A stretch of DNA of 64,000 bases, taken from positions 1 through 64,000 of the forward strand of contig ML996698.1 of NCBI GenBank assembly GCA_010356995.1, given 5' to 3'. Positions 37,202 to 50,237 of this stretch are shown piece by piece. A program made the translations under genes and the position numbers. The notes under the pieces were generated by a model, which was not told the origin of the DNA, did no database searches, and saw only the letters and a program-made list of their open reading frames with translations. Position 1 is the stretch's first letter. Every line of letters begins with the position of its first letter. The stretch comes from Trichodelitschia bisporula (Eukaryota).

Positions 37202-38285
37202 ATGGGGAGTGTCATTCTTTGCACTGGTACGTGTTTGTTTGTTACAACTCTATAACGCTAACATGCTTCAGCTGGTTACGACCATACAATCCGGTTAGTC
37301 GCGCCAGCTTTCTTTTAACGTCCCACACCTAACCAGCACAGTTTCTGGGAAGCCCTCTCCGGGATATGCTCGCGAACGATCCCCCACCCGGACTCGCAAG
37401 TCAACCGGCTGTGCATCTCGCCAGACAAGCGCTACCTCGCGGCCGCCGGACATCACACCGTGAAGCTGTACGACATCAAGAGTTCAAACGCGGCCGACGT
37501 TCTCACCTTCGAGGGGCACACGGGCAACATCACCGGCGTCGCCTTCCACTGCGAGGGCAAGTGGATGGTGACGAGCAGCGAGGATGGCACAGTCAAGATC
37601 TGGGACACGCGCGGCGGGGGAATCCAACGAAACTACAATCACGGCTCCGCTGTCAACGACGTCGTGATCCACCCGAACCAGGGTGAGCTCATATCCTGTG
37701 ACCGCAACGGCGCGATCCGTGTTTGGGACTTGAGCGAGAACAAGTGCTCACACCAGCTGATTCCCGAGGAGGATGTGTCGGTGGCCAGCGTGACAGTGGC
37801 CAGCGACGGGTCGATGCTGTGCGCAGGCAACAACGCAGTGAATACCTTTCCCTCCCCTCCCAACCCAAGCTAACCCCCCCTAGGGCACCGTCTTCGTCTG
37901 GCGCATGGTCCAAAACCGCGACATAACCTCCCTCGTCCCCATCTGCCGCTTCGTCGCCCACAACACGTACATAACCCGCGTCCTGCTCTCGCCCGACGTG
38001 CGCCACCTGGCAACCTGCTCAGCGGACCACACAGCGCGCATCTGGGCCGTGGATGCGGGTCTCGACACGGACGTCGAAGGCTTTGCGCTTGAAACGACGC
38101 TGACGGGACATCAGCGGTGGGTGTGGGATTGCGCGTTCAGCGCTGACTCGGCGTATCTGGTGACGGCGTGCTCGGATCATTACGCCCGACTGTGGGAGTT
38201 GAATTCGCAGAGCATTATCAGGCAGTACAATGGGCATCACCGGGGAGCAGTCTGTGTTGCGCTGAATGATACGGCGCTGCCGTAG
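37202..38285 (+). CDS. LST8: TOR complex subunit LST8 (WD40)
   Basis: MGSVILCT|AGYDHTIR|FWEALSGICSRTI.HPDSQVNRL, VNDVVIHPNQGELISCD, HQRWVWDCAFSADSAYLVTA, HHRGAVCVALND; three introns. Confidence 0.97.
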
Positions 38286-38585
38286 GGATATAGCCTTGGG
38301 AAACGGTGCGAGCCTATGTTGTTTGATTTTTCTCTATCTGAGATACGTTTATTAGGCGATCGTGTGTACGATGGAGTCAGGGCTGTGTACAGGTTTCGGC
38401 GTTAGATGGTCTTCGTGCCCGGTATCGACGAATATCATGAAGTCTCCGATGCTCTCAGGGATGGCCAAGATGCCATGGCCATGATATGTGATGCGACCTG
38501 CCAATCCGCGATCCTCCAGTCCACAAAAAGACAGCCCAAATGTCTCCGCGCATACCTCCTAAAAATGATCAAAAAGAACACATCG

Positions 38586-38657
38586 CGACACCGATGGGAC
38601 TCGAACCCACAATCTTTGCCACCGGAAAGCAACGCCTTACCATTAGGCCACGGTGCC
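38586..38657 (-). tRNA. tR(CCG): tRNA-Arg(CCG), intronless
   Basis: GGCACCG TG GCCTAATGGTAAGGC G TTGCT TTCCGGT GGCAA AGATT GTGGG TTCGAGT CCCAT CGGTGTC G forms a full cloverleaf, followed by T5 Pol III terminators. Confidence 0.96.
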
Positions 38658-39415
38658 TGGTTGTGTGCTGAAATTCTTGATTGTGGTAACTTCTGTCGCA
38701 AAATGCCGGGCAGCGGAAGTAGGGCCAGAGTCTCGACTCTTATCCTGACGTACAGTGAGTGTCAGTCGTTGACGGCTTACCGCCTTGAATATCATCCCAC
38801 TGGTCTCACATTTCGAGTTACTTCGTTGCATTTACCGTACCATAGTGACATATGCTAGAACACATAAACCCGTGGCCATGAAAAGCTATACCCCACCATC
38901 ACCGACAATCCCGCAGAGCCAACACTCCCCCCAAAGTAAGTGATACTTCACCGCCCAAACTAATGTGCTCAAGGCTAAATAGAGATAGCCGCGATGTTCT
39001 CCGACTCCTTCCCGTAGCGGCAATGACCAGTTGCAGCAGACATGTGAAGCCCTGCACCCAATGACGCCGTTGTGCGCCAGTGTCCGCCAATCAAGACGCA
39101 ACCACCACTTCCAACCAAGCTCCGATCGCTCAACCCAACCAAAGAAACATGCCCATCCCATCTACCGTACTTCCCCTCTCTTTGCTTCTTCGCTGAGCAA
39201 CACCACCACCAACTTACACTAGTATATCATTCCTCGCCGAACCATCTTTCCAGGCCCTCATTTCTTTGTTCACCGGAATCCAGCTCAATCCATCCTCCCC
39301 ACCCGCTCGCTCCCCCGCTCCGCCTACTTCCCACCCCCCGCGCCCGCGTCGAATGGACCGCGCAACCCACCCCTCCCCGCTCCAGCCTTGAAGACCGCGT
39401 CCTCACACGCGCGGC

Positions 39416-40719
39416 ATGGCTGCCACAGGCGACTCGGGGGGTGGCGGCGGCGTGCGGCCCCTCCCGACGCACATGCAGGCAAGGCTCTTCGTCAAGCGGC
39501 ACCGCACCGAGGTCGCGGCTGGGACGAGCAGCTTGGTGTCTAGCCTTCTGAGCGTGAGTCCAGCGGGACGCAGGATCTGTGTACAAAAGCTGATGGTTAC
39601 AGTACCCGCTCGACTCGGTCAAGACGCGGATGCAAGCGTGTGTACCCCGCCCCGTGTCATGGACACAGCTCACAGCGGTAGATATAACTTCAAGTCCTTC
39701 TGGAGCTGCGTGGAGCACACATACAAGAACGAGCGCGTGCATGGCTTCTGGCGCGGTCCGTCCCGTCCCCCTTCATACAGACACTCATTAACAAGAATCC
39801 AGGCGTCTGGTCCCCCCTCCTAAGCATAACCCTCGTCCGCACCTGCTCCTTCTCCGTCTACCAACAAGCAAAATACACCTACGACGCCTGGTTCCAGCGC
39901 ATGCTAGGCGTATCACCCCTGCGCATCGCCAACACCCAAGGCGCATACCCAACGCTCTCAACAATGCTCTGCTTCGCCGCCGCGGGCGCCACGGCCGGCG
40001 CCAGCATCGTGGTCCTCGCGTGCCCGTTCGAGCTAACCAAGAACGCGCAGCAGATCTCCGTGCTCATGGATCGGAACACCAAGAGCACGGTGGAGGAGGA
40101 GATTCGCCGCAACTATAAGAATCGGGGCACGTTTCGTACGGCGCAGGCGATTGTTGCGCATCGCGGGTTCGCGGGGTTGTATTCGGGCTTTCAGTACCAT
40201 CTTTGTAGGTCGGCGCTCGAGACGGAGGGGGGGGGCAGTGGGCTGACGGGCAGTGCGTGATACGTTTGGCACGGCGATTTATTTCACCACGTATGAGTCG
40301 TGCAAGCAGCTCCTTGCGAATGCGCGGGGAAATTCGCCGACAGATCCGAAGGCGGTGATTTTGTCGGGCGGGTTTTGTGGGCTTATTAGTTGGCTTTTGG
40401 TGAGTAGTTATGGTGGTGTGGGGAAGGGATATGGCTAACAGCCGCGCAGACGTATCCGATTGACACGGCTAAGACGGCTTACCAGCGGAACTGTCTCTCC
40501 ATGCACAAGGACAATACGGAGAATATACGCATTCGCTTCTTCCGGCGGTCCGAGTATCGAGGTTAGTCTTGCTTGGCCGTAGTGTGATTGTGGCTAATGG
40601 GTGGTACTGTAGGGCTGCTGGTGTCGGTGTCGCGGTCGTGCATCCTCAACGCCATGTTCTTCTCGGGCTTCGAGTTGATCAAGAAGCAGATCAATAAGCT
40701 GGAAGTGGAGGAGTTGTAG
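39416..40719 (+). CDS. Mitochondrial carrier family protein (amino-acid/carnitine carrier-like)
   Basis: Three PX[DE]XX[KR] signatures (YPLDSVKTR, CPFELTKN, YPIDTAKT), GFWRG, GLYSG, RDTFGTAIYF; six short introns. Confidence 0.92.
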
Positions 40720-41747
40720 TTGGTGTGCATCATTCAAGCGTTGGTTTCGCATTTCCGGCGTTGTTTTTGTACGATAGATGCGGGTACGGACTTTTGGTAC
40801 AGTAAGACTCATGGCATGGAAAGGCCCACTTGCGCGGTCGTTTATGCGAATGGAAACGGCCAATGTGCGCGTACAGTTTCTTGAGATGGACGGCCTGGAC
40901 ACGTTCGCGGAGTATATTCATGTGGATGGTATTCATTCATGCAATTGAAATGGAGGACAGTAGCTACATGATTGGGATCCTGAATGCTGACGCCTTAAAC
41001 ACCGTTTACTTTCCGCATATCCAAAATCAGACGCCCAACTGAATGTCCAATGGGGAATATAACCTTAGCACCTAGCTCCACGAAAACGCACCATTCGCCA
41101 TGCAGTGCCGTTGGTCTACCGCAGGAAAGAAGAGATAAAAACGCCAATTGATGAAATGCGTAAAGACGCCGGAGGGGGTTGAGATAGCGAGCGGGGCGGG
41201 GCGGGGCGGAGGAAAGGCGGAGGGAGAAAAGCGGAGGGAGAAGCGGAGTGGGAGCGGGAGCGGGAGACCGGGGTTGATTGGGGGGGAGGAGGAGGATCAG
41301 CGGAGCGCGCTCCTCGGATCTGAAGGCCGGAGGTGGTCACGTGGCCCCCATCTGATAGGGACTCAGATCGTCCAGCACGGGGGTCCAGCGGAGGTGGTTA
41401 GTCCGTTGATCGAAAGTGCGGTCTGGAACCTCGTGGATCGGGCTGACGGGGCCGAGGGGAGAGCAGCGGGTGGCTGGTTGATGGATTCGGTTGGTGGAGG
41501 GTTCAATGGTGGCCGGGGTCGGCCAGGGTCGTTATCGCGGAGATGTTCGGTGTGAAGATGGTGTGAAGATGGGATGGGGATGGGGATGGGGCCAGACCGG
41601 GCTGGGCTCCGCCGCCGCAGCTGCCTCGAGGGTGCGTCTGCAGCCGCAGAAAGGGCTCGGCTGAGGGGCCGGGTCTCGCTCCGCCGGCTCGATTTGCGCG
41701 TTCGCATTCGCGCGGGGGGTTTTTTTTTTTCGAGGGGAGGAGACGGG

Positions 41748-41972
41748 CTACATCTCATCCAACTCAAACTCGAGCGCGACGTCCTCGGAGCAGTCCGAGC
41801 AATAGAAGTTTGAAAACCCCCCACAGTGGACCTGCATGTTCTTGCACATGTCGATGCTCCAGGCGTCGTAGGAGTAGCCGGACAGCAGGCGGTTGGGGCA
41901 GATTTCGATGCTGTTGGCCCAGATGTAGTAGTCGTGGTTGCAGTAGTACCAGGAGTAGGTGTAGGAGCACAT
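41748..41972 (-). CDS. Small Cys/Tyr-rich protein (74 aa), possible zinc-binding mini-protein
   Basis: Start context caacaATG, TATATA at 42137-42142, strong GC3 bias; pattern MC-x8-CNH...C...C...C...CxxC and acidic tail; no signal peptide. Confidence 0.7.
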   Translation of the reverse strand: MCSYTYSWYYCNHDYYIWANSIEICPNRLLSGYSYDAWSIDMCKNMQVHCGGFSNFYCSDCSEDVALEFELDEM

Positions 41973-42008
41973 TGTTGCGGTGTTTTGGGGGGTTGGTGGG
42001 AGAGGGGG

Positions 42009-42045
42009 AATTGGTGGTGGTGGTGGTGGTGGTGGTGGTGGTGGG
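42009..42045. repeat. (GGT/CAC)n microsatellite in the 5' leader of the small Cys-rich gene
   Basis: About 10 GGT units. Confidence 0.9.
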
Positions 42046-42596
42046 GGATGGGATGAGGGGGCAAGGCTGAAGTGCTTGAGGTTGGCGGTGGTGGAGGGAT
42101 TGTGGAGGGCTGAGATGAGGGTAAGGGGCGGGCGGATATATACACCACTCCACGATATGGCGCACGCGAGCAGACCTATTTCAGTCTTTGGCTTCGAGGC
42201 GGTGGGGAAGGCTAGATCGCGGTCAGTCGCACTGCGGTCTAGAACGCGGACGCGCCGGCGGCGGGCAGCGAAAGCGCAGGAAGATAAACTTACCTCGACG
42301 AATTGTCCGAGGTTTCCGAATCACTGTTACTCGTACTGGGCCCAATTCCTTTCAATCCATTGACACGGCGCGAGGGAAGAGGCAGAGCACAAGGGGAATA
42401 TATACAACCACGACTCAACGGGGACGCGATAAGACCGCCCCTCGAGGACCCCGAGAAAGAACCTTCATGTGATGGCCTCGCTTCGCTTCGCACCGCTCGC
42501 CGACGGCCGCGGGGCGTTGTGCCCGCAGCACAGTCTGCATCGTCACTGCATGGCGGGTGGGGACAAAGGGCCGCCCGCTTACCTCTCCCACCCTCA

Positions 42597-42639
42597 TCAA
42601 AGCCCACTCAAAGCCCGCTCAAAGCCCGCTCAAAGCCCG
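42597..42639. repeat. 11-bp tandem repeat CTCAAAGCCCG x4
   Basis: Directly visible, with a further degenerate unit near 42677. Confidence 0.9.
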
Positions 42640-42905
42640 TATCGCGCTCCAAGCGAAGGCAAAGCTCGCATCTCTCGCTCAAAGCCACAGAGACAAGCCC
42701 GCCAAAGAAAGGGTTGTTCACTTACGAAGGGTCCCCTCGTCCAGCCTTGCCTCACGCCCCCGTCCCTGGCTGTGGTTTTTGCTTTTCGCCCGCAGAGAGG
42801 GTTGGGGTTCGGGCGTACCCTGCAGCGCGCATCCATCGTCCGATATCTCAGGGTCCAGGTCCGGCCCTGGGCTGGACCCCCGCGGACCCGATATGCAGCC
42901 CGTTT

Positions 42906-42915
42906 GGGGGGGGGT

Positions 42916-42990
<75 letters not shown>
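42906..42990 (+). repeat. Poly-G tract (G9-T-G75)
   Basis: Directly visible; length may be an assembly artefact. Confidence 0.9.
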
Positions 42991-42991
<1 letters not shown>

Positions 42992-44197
42992 AGGGCGGTC
43001 AACGTCCACCCGCTGCTCAACACCAGCCATTACTCCATCCTTTGGCTTTTATGGTATCCGCGACGTCCGGGGCAAGAGCGGGCGATATGCACAAGCAGAA
43101 TGTACGGATAAGCGTGCTAAACGTTGGCCGGCCGGTGTCGGCGTCTGTGTACGGAGTAAGTGCTGTCTTTCCAGAGATGCCGCGCCGTGACGAGGGCCTT
43201 ACTCGATGGGAACGGGCGCGATGCGCGCGGATAGGGTGCCGGCGCGGCGCGCAGGCGCGGTTGAATTAGCCGTTGGGACTAGCCCAGGGGTGGGACGTGC
43301 ACATGTGGGGATCAGCGCTTCGTGAATCTCCAGTATCGGGAAGCATGGGCGGGAATAAGTTAGGTTGCCTTCGTCTGCCATTCCGTCGGCGCGGTGCGGG
43401 ACTCGAGTCGTCAGCCTCTTCCTCTCTGTGCGTTTCGGCATCGACGCCGGGGATAATGGCAACGATGTGAAGTGGAAGGTTGTTAAAAGATGAGAGATGA
43501 GAGATGAGAGATGAGAGATGTATGGGGAAGCGGGCTCGAGAGTCTACATATTGTGCTTGCGGTGCTTACTTCCTCAGATGTAGGATGCCCCCTTCCTGAC
43601 ATTGCAATGTTTCTTCCTGGTCGGGGGTGATACAACAGCATCCCGGGGGAGTAAAGAGGCCAGCCTACCGTAGCGAGAGGCCTCACAATTGCCACTTCAT
43701 CACGCAAAGCAGGCAGCAGCAGTTTGGAATAGTATAAATTCCCTCTTCCCCAACGCCTAGAGCGCCTTTGCGCAATTTTAGTATCCCACCGTCGTCGGGC
43801 ATCCTCTCAACGGATACATACTCCAAGTCCCATGTCAACAGCCCAAAAACGAAGCACGAATCAGACAAAGACAAAGACCAGCTTTCACCAGCCAGTCTAT
43901 ACTTTTTTGTTCTTTCTCTTTCTCTTTCTCTTTCTCTTTCTCTTCCTTATCCCATATCCGTAAGAGCGCGTCAATCAATCCCCATCGATCGCGCATACTC
44001 CCCATCGCAAACAAAGACACAGCGCGGCCCATACACGCGGAACCCCAACCCAAACCCAACCCCGAAACCGACCGACAAACCCCTAACCCATACCCCGCAA
44101 CAAACATCAAGTAAAAAAAAAACTAAAAAACAAGAACCATATAACAAATCACAAAGACGCAAAAAAGAACCCCATCCCCACCCCACCGCAAGCCATC

Positions 44198-45828
44198 TTA
44201 AACCCTCTCCCCCGGCCCCTCCTGCCCCCTCCTCCCAACCGGCAAAAGCCCCACCCCAATCCACCACTCATCCGCAATATCCCCCCTCCTAACCAACCTC
44301 TCAACCAACATCCTCACCGCCTCCAACGCCCCCCCCTCCAACTCCCCCTCCAAAACCGCCATCGCCCTCCCTGTCTGCTCCCGCGTCGGCGGCACCCCCG
44401 CCCTGAACCCAGCGAGCCTCTGCTCCCGCTCCTCAGCCCTTGCCTCAGCATCAGTCTCCGGAATAATCCGCGAAGCAGACATGCCCGCGTCGTACCGCGC
44501 CCGCACATTCCGCCGCTGCCGCTCAGTCCACGTGCGCAACTCGTCGCTGACAACAGCCTCCCAGCGGGTCTCATCCTCCGCATCAGCCCACGAGGCCAAA
44601 GCCCTTCGGGGATTAGGCCGGTCGCCCGACCGAAGCGCCGAGAAGACAACATCCCCATCTTCATTAACGTCACACACGAGCTCGTCGCGGTACTCATCGA
44701 CCTCGACAACCTCATCCGGGAGCGTAATATGCGTGCGGCTGCTATTAACCGAGTTAGACGCGTCGCTCACGCTGCGCGTCGTAGACCCCGTGCCACTCGT
44801 CGACGCAGCCGAGAAACTGGCCGCCGCGGCAGCGGCGGAAAAGCTCGAGTCCGCGCTTGGGAGACGCTCGTCCGGCGTGATGGTCGCAAGCATGGTATCC
44901 CAGGCCGAGTCACGCATGTCCTCGTCCTCGGAGCCCGACTCGTCATCGGGACTAAGCGCGTGCTCGCGATCGCGGTCACCAAGCCCATCGATTTCATCCC
45001 GCAGCGGCGACGGCCGGTAGCGGTAATCGGAGCGCGCACTCACGCGATGCAAACGGTAAGAGTCGTCATCTGAGACGGGGCCGTCAGGCGGGTTGGACGA
45101 GACAGCTCGGACCGGGCGCGCAGACGGCGGCGGCACCGGCCCAGTCAGGATAACCCTGTCCATATACCTCTGGACCTCGCCCGGAGCATACGGATTTCCG
45201 TCATCATCATGCGACCTGTTCCTCAGAATTTCGTGCCGGGCCTCCGTATCGTCCAGTGAGGGACGAGGGCGCTCGTTGGTGACGTCCTCCCGCGGACGCG
45301 TGCTCGGCGCGTACTGCGGCGGAATGTAAGGAAGGGGGTAGCGCAGGACGTGCAGGTAGTCGCGCTCGTCGCGTTCACGACGCATAAACGGCGCGGCCGG
45401 CGCGGGGATGCGGTAGTTGCGCGACTCCGGGGCTGGGGGTAGAGGCGCCGACGTAGAAGCCGACGACTCGGCCGAGTCGCTGGTGTCATCGGCGCGAGGG
45501 ACGCGGAAGGGCGCGCCGTAGTGGCGGGGGATGGGCTCGCCGAGATGGCTGCGTTCGCGACGGGGAGAGCGACGCGTTCCTGTTGTAGTTGTGTTTGTTG
45601 TGTTTGATGCTGCGGGTGCGGCGCGCGGGTGGGGAGACGCGGCGTGGGCGCGGCGCGGTTGCGCGTTGCGGCGGATGGGGGAGCGGGCGGAGGCGGTGAT
45701 GTCGACTTTGATTGCATCCTTTGAGCTGGTGGGCGATGAAGGCCAAACCCTGGTGACGATGTTAGCGGGGGGTTGGGATGGTGCGGGCAAACGTGGTGCC
45801 GGGTGGTGGTTGCTCACGGGAGACCCAT
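44198..45828 (-). CDS. Conserved hypothetical, largely disordered protein
   Basis: ATG GGT CTC CC | intron 45750-45817 | G GTT TGG gives MGLPVW...ARSPIRR. Internal WDTMLATITPDERLPSADSSF and C-terminal MLVERLVRRGDIADEWW..VGL resemble a Pezizomycotina family I recall; function unknown. Confidence 0.85.
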
Positions 45829-46527
45829 GGTGGCGAGTGGGAGATGAAGAAGTTGATGGAAAGCGTGGGGGGCGTGTTAAAGAAGGTGTGGCGAAGGATA
45901 TATGATGCGGGAGAAGAGAGCGGAGATGGCGCGGAGATGGAGGTGGTTGAGTCGGTGATGATGGTGGTGGGTGGATGAGGTGGATGGTGGTTGGTGGGAG
46001 TTTTCTTTTCTGGGGGGGGGGGGGATGGAAGGTGATGAGGGAAGATGAAGATGCGGCGGCGCGGCGGGAACCAACTTGACGCTTGACGGGGGGGGGGGAG
46101 GGAGACAGAATTTGGAGCTAGACTCTGTTGGGTGGGCTCGGTGCCTGAGCGTGCTTAACTCTTGAGGCTTTGCGGCTCTGGATCAAGGGCGACCTTGAAA
46201 AGTCATAGCCGCTCCAGTCCGCAAAGACACTCGTACCTGACGGCCATGACTTCTGTTGATGGCCCTTTGGATACTCGCTCTTGCCCGCATTTGCCTTACC
46301 TGCCTGGCTTTGCCTTAAGTTGCCTCATTCTGGAGCAGTGGCCCGTGCAGTTGATAGATCGCATATCGGCCAATCGTCTGTAAGTGCCAAGATCCAGTCT
46401 CCGTCGCACCTTCGCTGACTCATTTTGACTCTCTGGACTGTTGACGATGGACGACGGACAGGCAACAGCGGGTTGTCGCGACAGCAACGACGGAGAAGTG
46501 GAGAGGATTGGATGATAGCGGGCAGTT

Positions 46528-46582
46528 GAAGAAGAAGACGAAGAAGAAGACGAAGAAGAAGAAGAAGAAGAAGAAGAAGAAG
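46528..46582. repeat. (GAA)n microsatellite with GAC interruptions
   Basis: Directly visible. Confidence 0.9.
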
Positions 46583-46680
46583 AGAGTTGCTGCCCACAAG
46601 CGATGCAACCCGCTGAGACGACTGTTTCATACTTCACACAGCGACGAGCTCTTGTGGTCGAGATGTCTTCTGAGCGGAAA

Positions 46681-46721
46681 GAGTCACAGAGGCACAGAGT
46701 CACAGAGTCACAGAGTCACAG
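46681..46721. repeat. 8-bp tandem repeat CAGAGTCA x~5
   Basis: gagtcacagaggcacagagtcacagagtcacagagtcacag. Confidence 0.85.
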
Positions 46722-48373
46722 CACCAGCATCGAAATGCAAGACGCAAGATGCAAGAGCCAACGGCTTACTAACGATGCACATTGGCAAGCAGAGCAACGA
46801 ACCGAGGAGCATGAACGGTCAGTCTGTGCACGCAACTACAGAACTCTTGGTGGGGCAGGTATGATGCTTGTCATTTCGATTGCGGGGGGAGAGAGAGAGA
46901 TTGGCTGTCGAAGGCTTGCATGCGAAATCTTGCGTGCTTCGCGTTTAGACGCGTCGAAAAGAACGCGAAGTGCTCGTCGATTAACTGCCAAAGAGCCTCC
47001 ACAGCCGAGCGCATCCCTCATCCATGATCCCAGCGCGGCATCACTTCGGCATCGCCATCCCAGCACGATGCCGTGATAATTCACCGGTGTCGTGGTGGAG
47101 ATGAGCAATCGGACGCCACCCCGCCTTCCAGCCCTGACACGAGGAAAGCCACCGGTATTGACGTAACCGCAACCTACTGCCCGCTTTCGGCAAGTCACGA
47201 TGCCAAAGCCAGAGGTCGCAATTTCCTCACCGGCCGTGGTCTAGAAATAACAGCCGCGCGGATGGGCGCTTAAGGGACTGCGGTTCACCGCGGGTGAAGT
47301 TGAGGCTCACCATTCACGCGCGGCAGGTCCAACGACGATGCCTCGACGATGCCTCGAGGCTTGTGCCTTTGTGCATCTGTACCATGCGACTGTACCACTC
47401 TATATCCCCCGTATCCGTCCACACGATGCCCTCCCGTCATCAAGCATCATAACACCCCTCCACCTTCTCCATCCATCAAAAACCCATGCTCAAAATAGTA
47501 TCAACCCCCCAACGTCAATCGCCCTCATCCCTCCTCCTTCCCCAGCTCACACCCTGGAAAAAGGGGTGGCATTTGCGTCCCACTACCGTATCCCCGCTCC
47601 GCCCTGTCCTTCGATGATTCCCACGTCGCGCCTTCTCGTACACGTCCAACTCGCACGCGCTCACGAGTAAACATCTCACAAACAACCAGACTTCTTTGTA
47701 CTCTCCTGCCAGAAATGCTCCAACAGTGTCCTCACATCCCCCGAACGTCTCAGGGGCCCCTCAAACACTATCCCAAACCCCACAAGCCTGTAGCCCCACG
47801 AAAAGGGGCATGTTTCTCTCACCCCGCGAGAGCCCATTGGCCCCCCTAGCCCTACCCGACCCCCCGCCCACGCATGACGCCCCCAAGCCAGGCGGCGCCA
47901 GCGCCACGCTCGCGCGAATTCCCCGCCACCAATTCGAGTCGTCTCGTTTTTTTTGCGTGCAGGCTTGCACGGGCTGCGGCTGCAGGCGGGGAAGGGGGGG
48001 GAGCCTTTTGAAGCGGGCGCGGCCCCGTTTGCTTGTCAGCTCTGCTTTGCAATCCTCTCGTGCTTTCGCGTCGTTCCTTTGTGCTTTGTTTGCGACTGAG
48101 CTGGACGTCTCCGGACGGGAACGACATCTCGCAACTTGGGATTTCTGTGCGCTCGGCGACCGTCAACGCACTCGCGGTTTCGTGTCTCTCGGCAACTTCC
48201 AAGCAACGCGGTGGTTGAGTGCACTCGGCGCTCATCGCGAACTCGGCAAACATCACATCAGCACCTCGCAGCCTCGCCACCCCTTCTACGAACACCCTCC
48301 CTCAACACGCTATCAACACCCACCACCAACCTCCACCTAATGCTCTGACCCTCCTCTCACGACAACCACCAAA

Positions 48374-49787
48374 ATGCTCCCCCGCCGCCTCCCCCCCTCC
48401 CTCCACTTCCTCCCGCGCCGCCCCTCCTCCCCCCCGCTCGACAAACTCATGTCCGACACAACCTGGGCCGACGGCCTCCGCGGCATCGCCGCCTTCTTCG
48501 TCATGTCGAGCCACATCACGCTGTGCATCGCCACCTTCACCGTCGCACCGTCGCGCGGCGCAGGGCAGGGCGCGTATCTCTTCCAACGCCCGATATTCCG
48601 GCTCGTGGCGCAGGGGCCAGCGTGGGTTGCGCTGTTCTTCGTGTTGTCTGGGTTTGTGCTAAGTTTGAAGCCGCTGCGGCAGGCGAAGGGGTTGGATCCG
48701 GAGGCTGCGCTCATGGGGCTTAACGCTGCTGCTTTCAGGAGAATATGGAGGCTGGTGTTGCCGGCTGCGGCGGCGACGGTAGTGAGTTGGGCGGTGTGCC
48801 AGGTGGGCGGGTATGAAGTCGCGAACGCGAGCGACTCGTATTGGATCCGTGACACAGCGGCGGTGCGCACACCGGGCTTCTTCACGCCTGTGCGCAAACT
48901 CGTCGGGGCGATAACGCAGACGTGGAGTCTTTACCCGGCGAATGCGTATGACCAGCCGCAGTGGGCGCTGATGTACCTGCTCCAAGGCAGCTTCTACGTG
49001 TTCATGGTGCTGACGGCGACGGTGCGGTTGCGCCCGAAGTGGCGCGCTGCCGTCGTGTTGTTCCTGATGTGGTGGAGCTTGGATTGGAGCGGGAAGATCG
49101 CGGATCGTGAGTTCTATTTTCGTATCACGGGGTGCTGTGTGCTGACGCTTTTTCGTAGCTCTGGTCGGTATATCCGTTTTCGCCGGCGTCCTCCTTGCCG
49201 AACTCACTCTCTCCCCGCTCCCCATGCGCATGGCACACTGGACCCTCATCCCGGCGGTGCCCGTCAGCATCCTCGCGCTGATACTCATGTCCTTCCCCTC
49301 CGAATTCCAAGAAACAGCACCGTGGAGCGCGTTTCTCCTCCGCATCCACCTGACCTACTTCCCGCAAAGCACGTACATAAACATAAACCGGCTCTGGCCG
49401 ACAATTGGCTCTATCCTCCTCACCGCGACTATCATCGTCACGCCCACCTTACGGCAACTACTCCGGCACCGCGCGCTCATATGGCTGGGCAAGATTTCAT
49501 TCCCGTTGTATTTGCTGCATGGGATGCTTTTGCGCACGGTTTTCGCGTGGCTGTTGCATGCCTTCTCGCATAAAGTCGAGGTGCTGGAGGGCGATGGGAA
49601 TGTAGTCCTGCGCTACCCGATGCCGGGGCCTCTGCATACTGCGTTTGCGCTGATGGGCTTTCTGGCCTCTGTGCTGGTGGCCAGCCATGCATGGGCGCAG
49701 CGCGTGGAGCCATTGTTTGGCCGTATAACAGCTGCGGTGGAGAGGATGATGGCGGCAGAGAAGGGCGTGTTACCCGTAAAACGGTAA
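48374..49787 (+). CDS. Acyltransferase-3 (OafA-like) multi-pass membrane O-acyltransferase
   Basis: WADGLRGIAAFFVMSSH, FQRPIFRL, WVALFFVLSGFVLS, FRRIWRL.LP, YDQPQWAL, WLGKISFPLYLLHG; intron 49108-49159. Confidence 0.92.
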
Positions 49788-50237
49788 GAGGGACTGTCTG
49801 AGTACATTGTATGTTATGTTCATACGGCACTGGAGTTCGGTACAGCTGGGCGGTTGGGCATGGGATAGGCGTTTTTTATACAGTGTAGGTTCCCGACTGT
49901 AGGACACGATATATTTGCCAAGGGACTTGGCGGGGGGGTGATGTCATTTTTCACCCTGGGTACCGGAGAACTGAAATGGGCAATCTGTTTGTTTACCCGC
50001 TACTCCGTACATTGTACATGCGCTGTGTGGTCATGATGCCGTGATATCGTGCGACATATCGCTCCCAGCGCTCCACTCGGGCGCCGCGGCCCCAGCGCGC
50101 TGCGCTGCAGCTGCAGGTGGGTTTCACAGCCTGGCCCAGCCTCGCATCCCAGCCACCGGCGGGGGTGTACCTCCCTCCGTATGCCAACTTCACCTCCGCT
50201 CGGCGCATTTCCAACTTCATTCCGCAGCACGCCGACC

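Noticed and set aside
42303..43269. Long ORFs with poly-Gly or poly-Pro
   Set aside because: Artefacts of the poly-G tract and GC-rich sequence; all three frames are similarly open.
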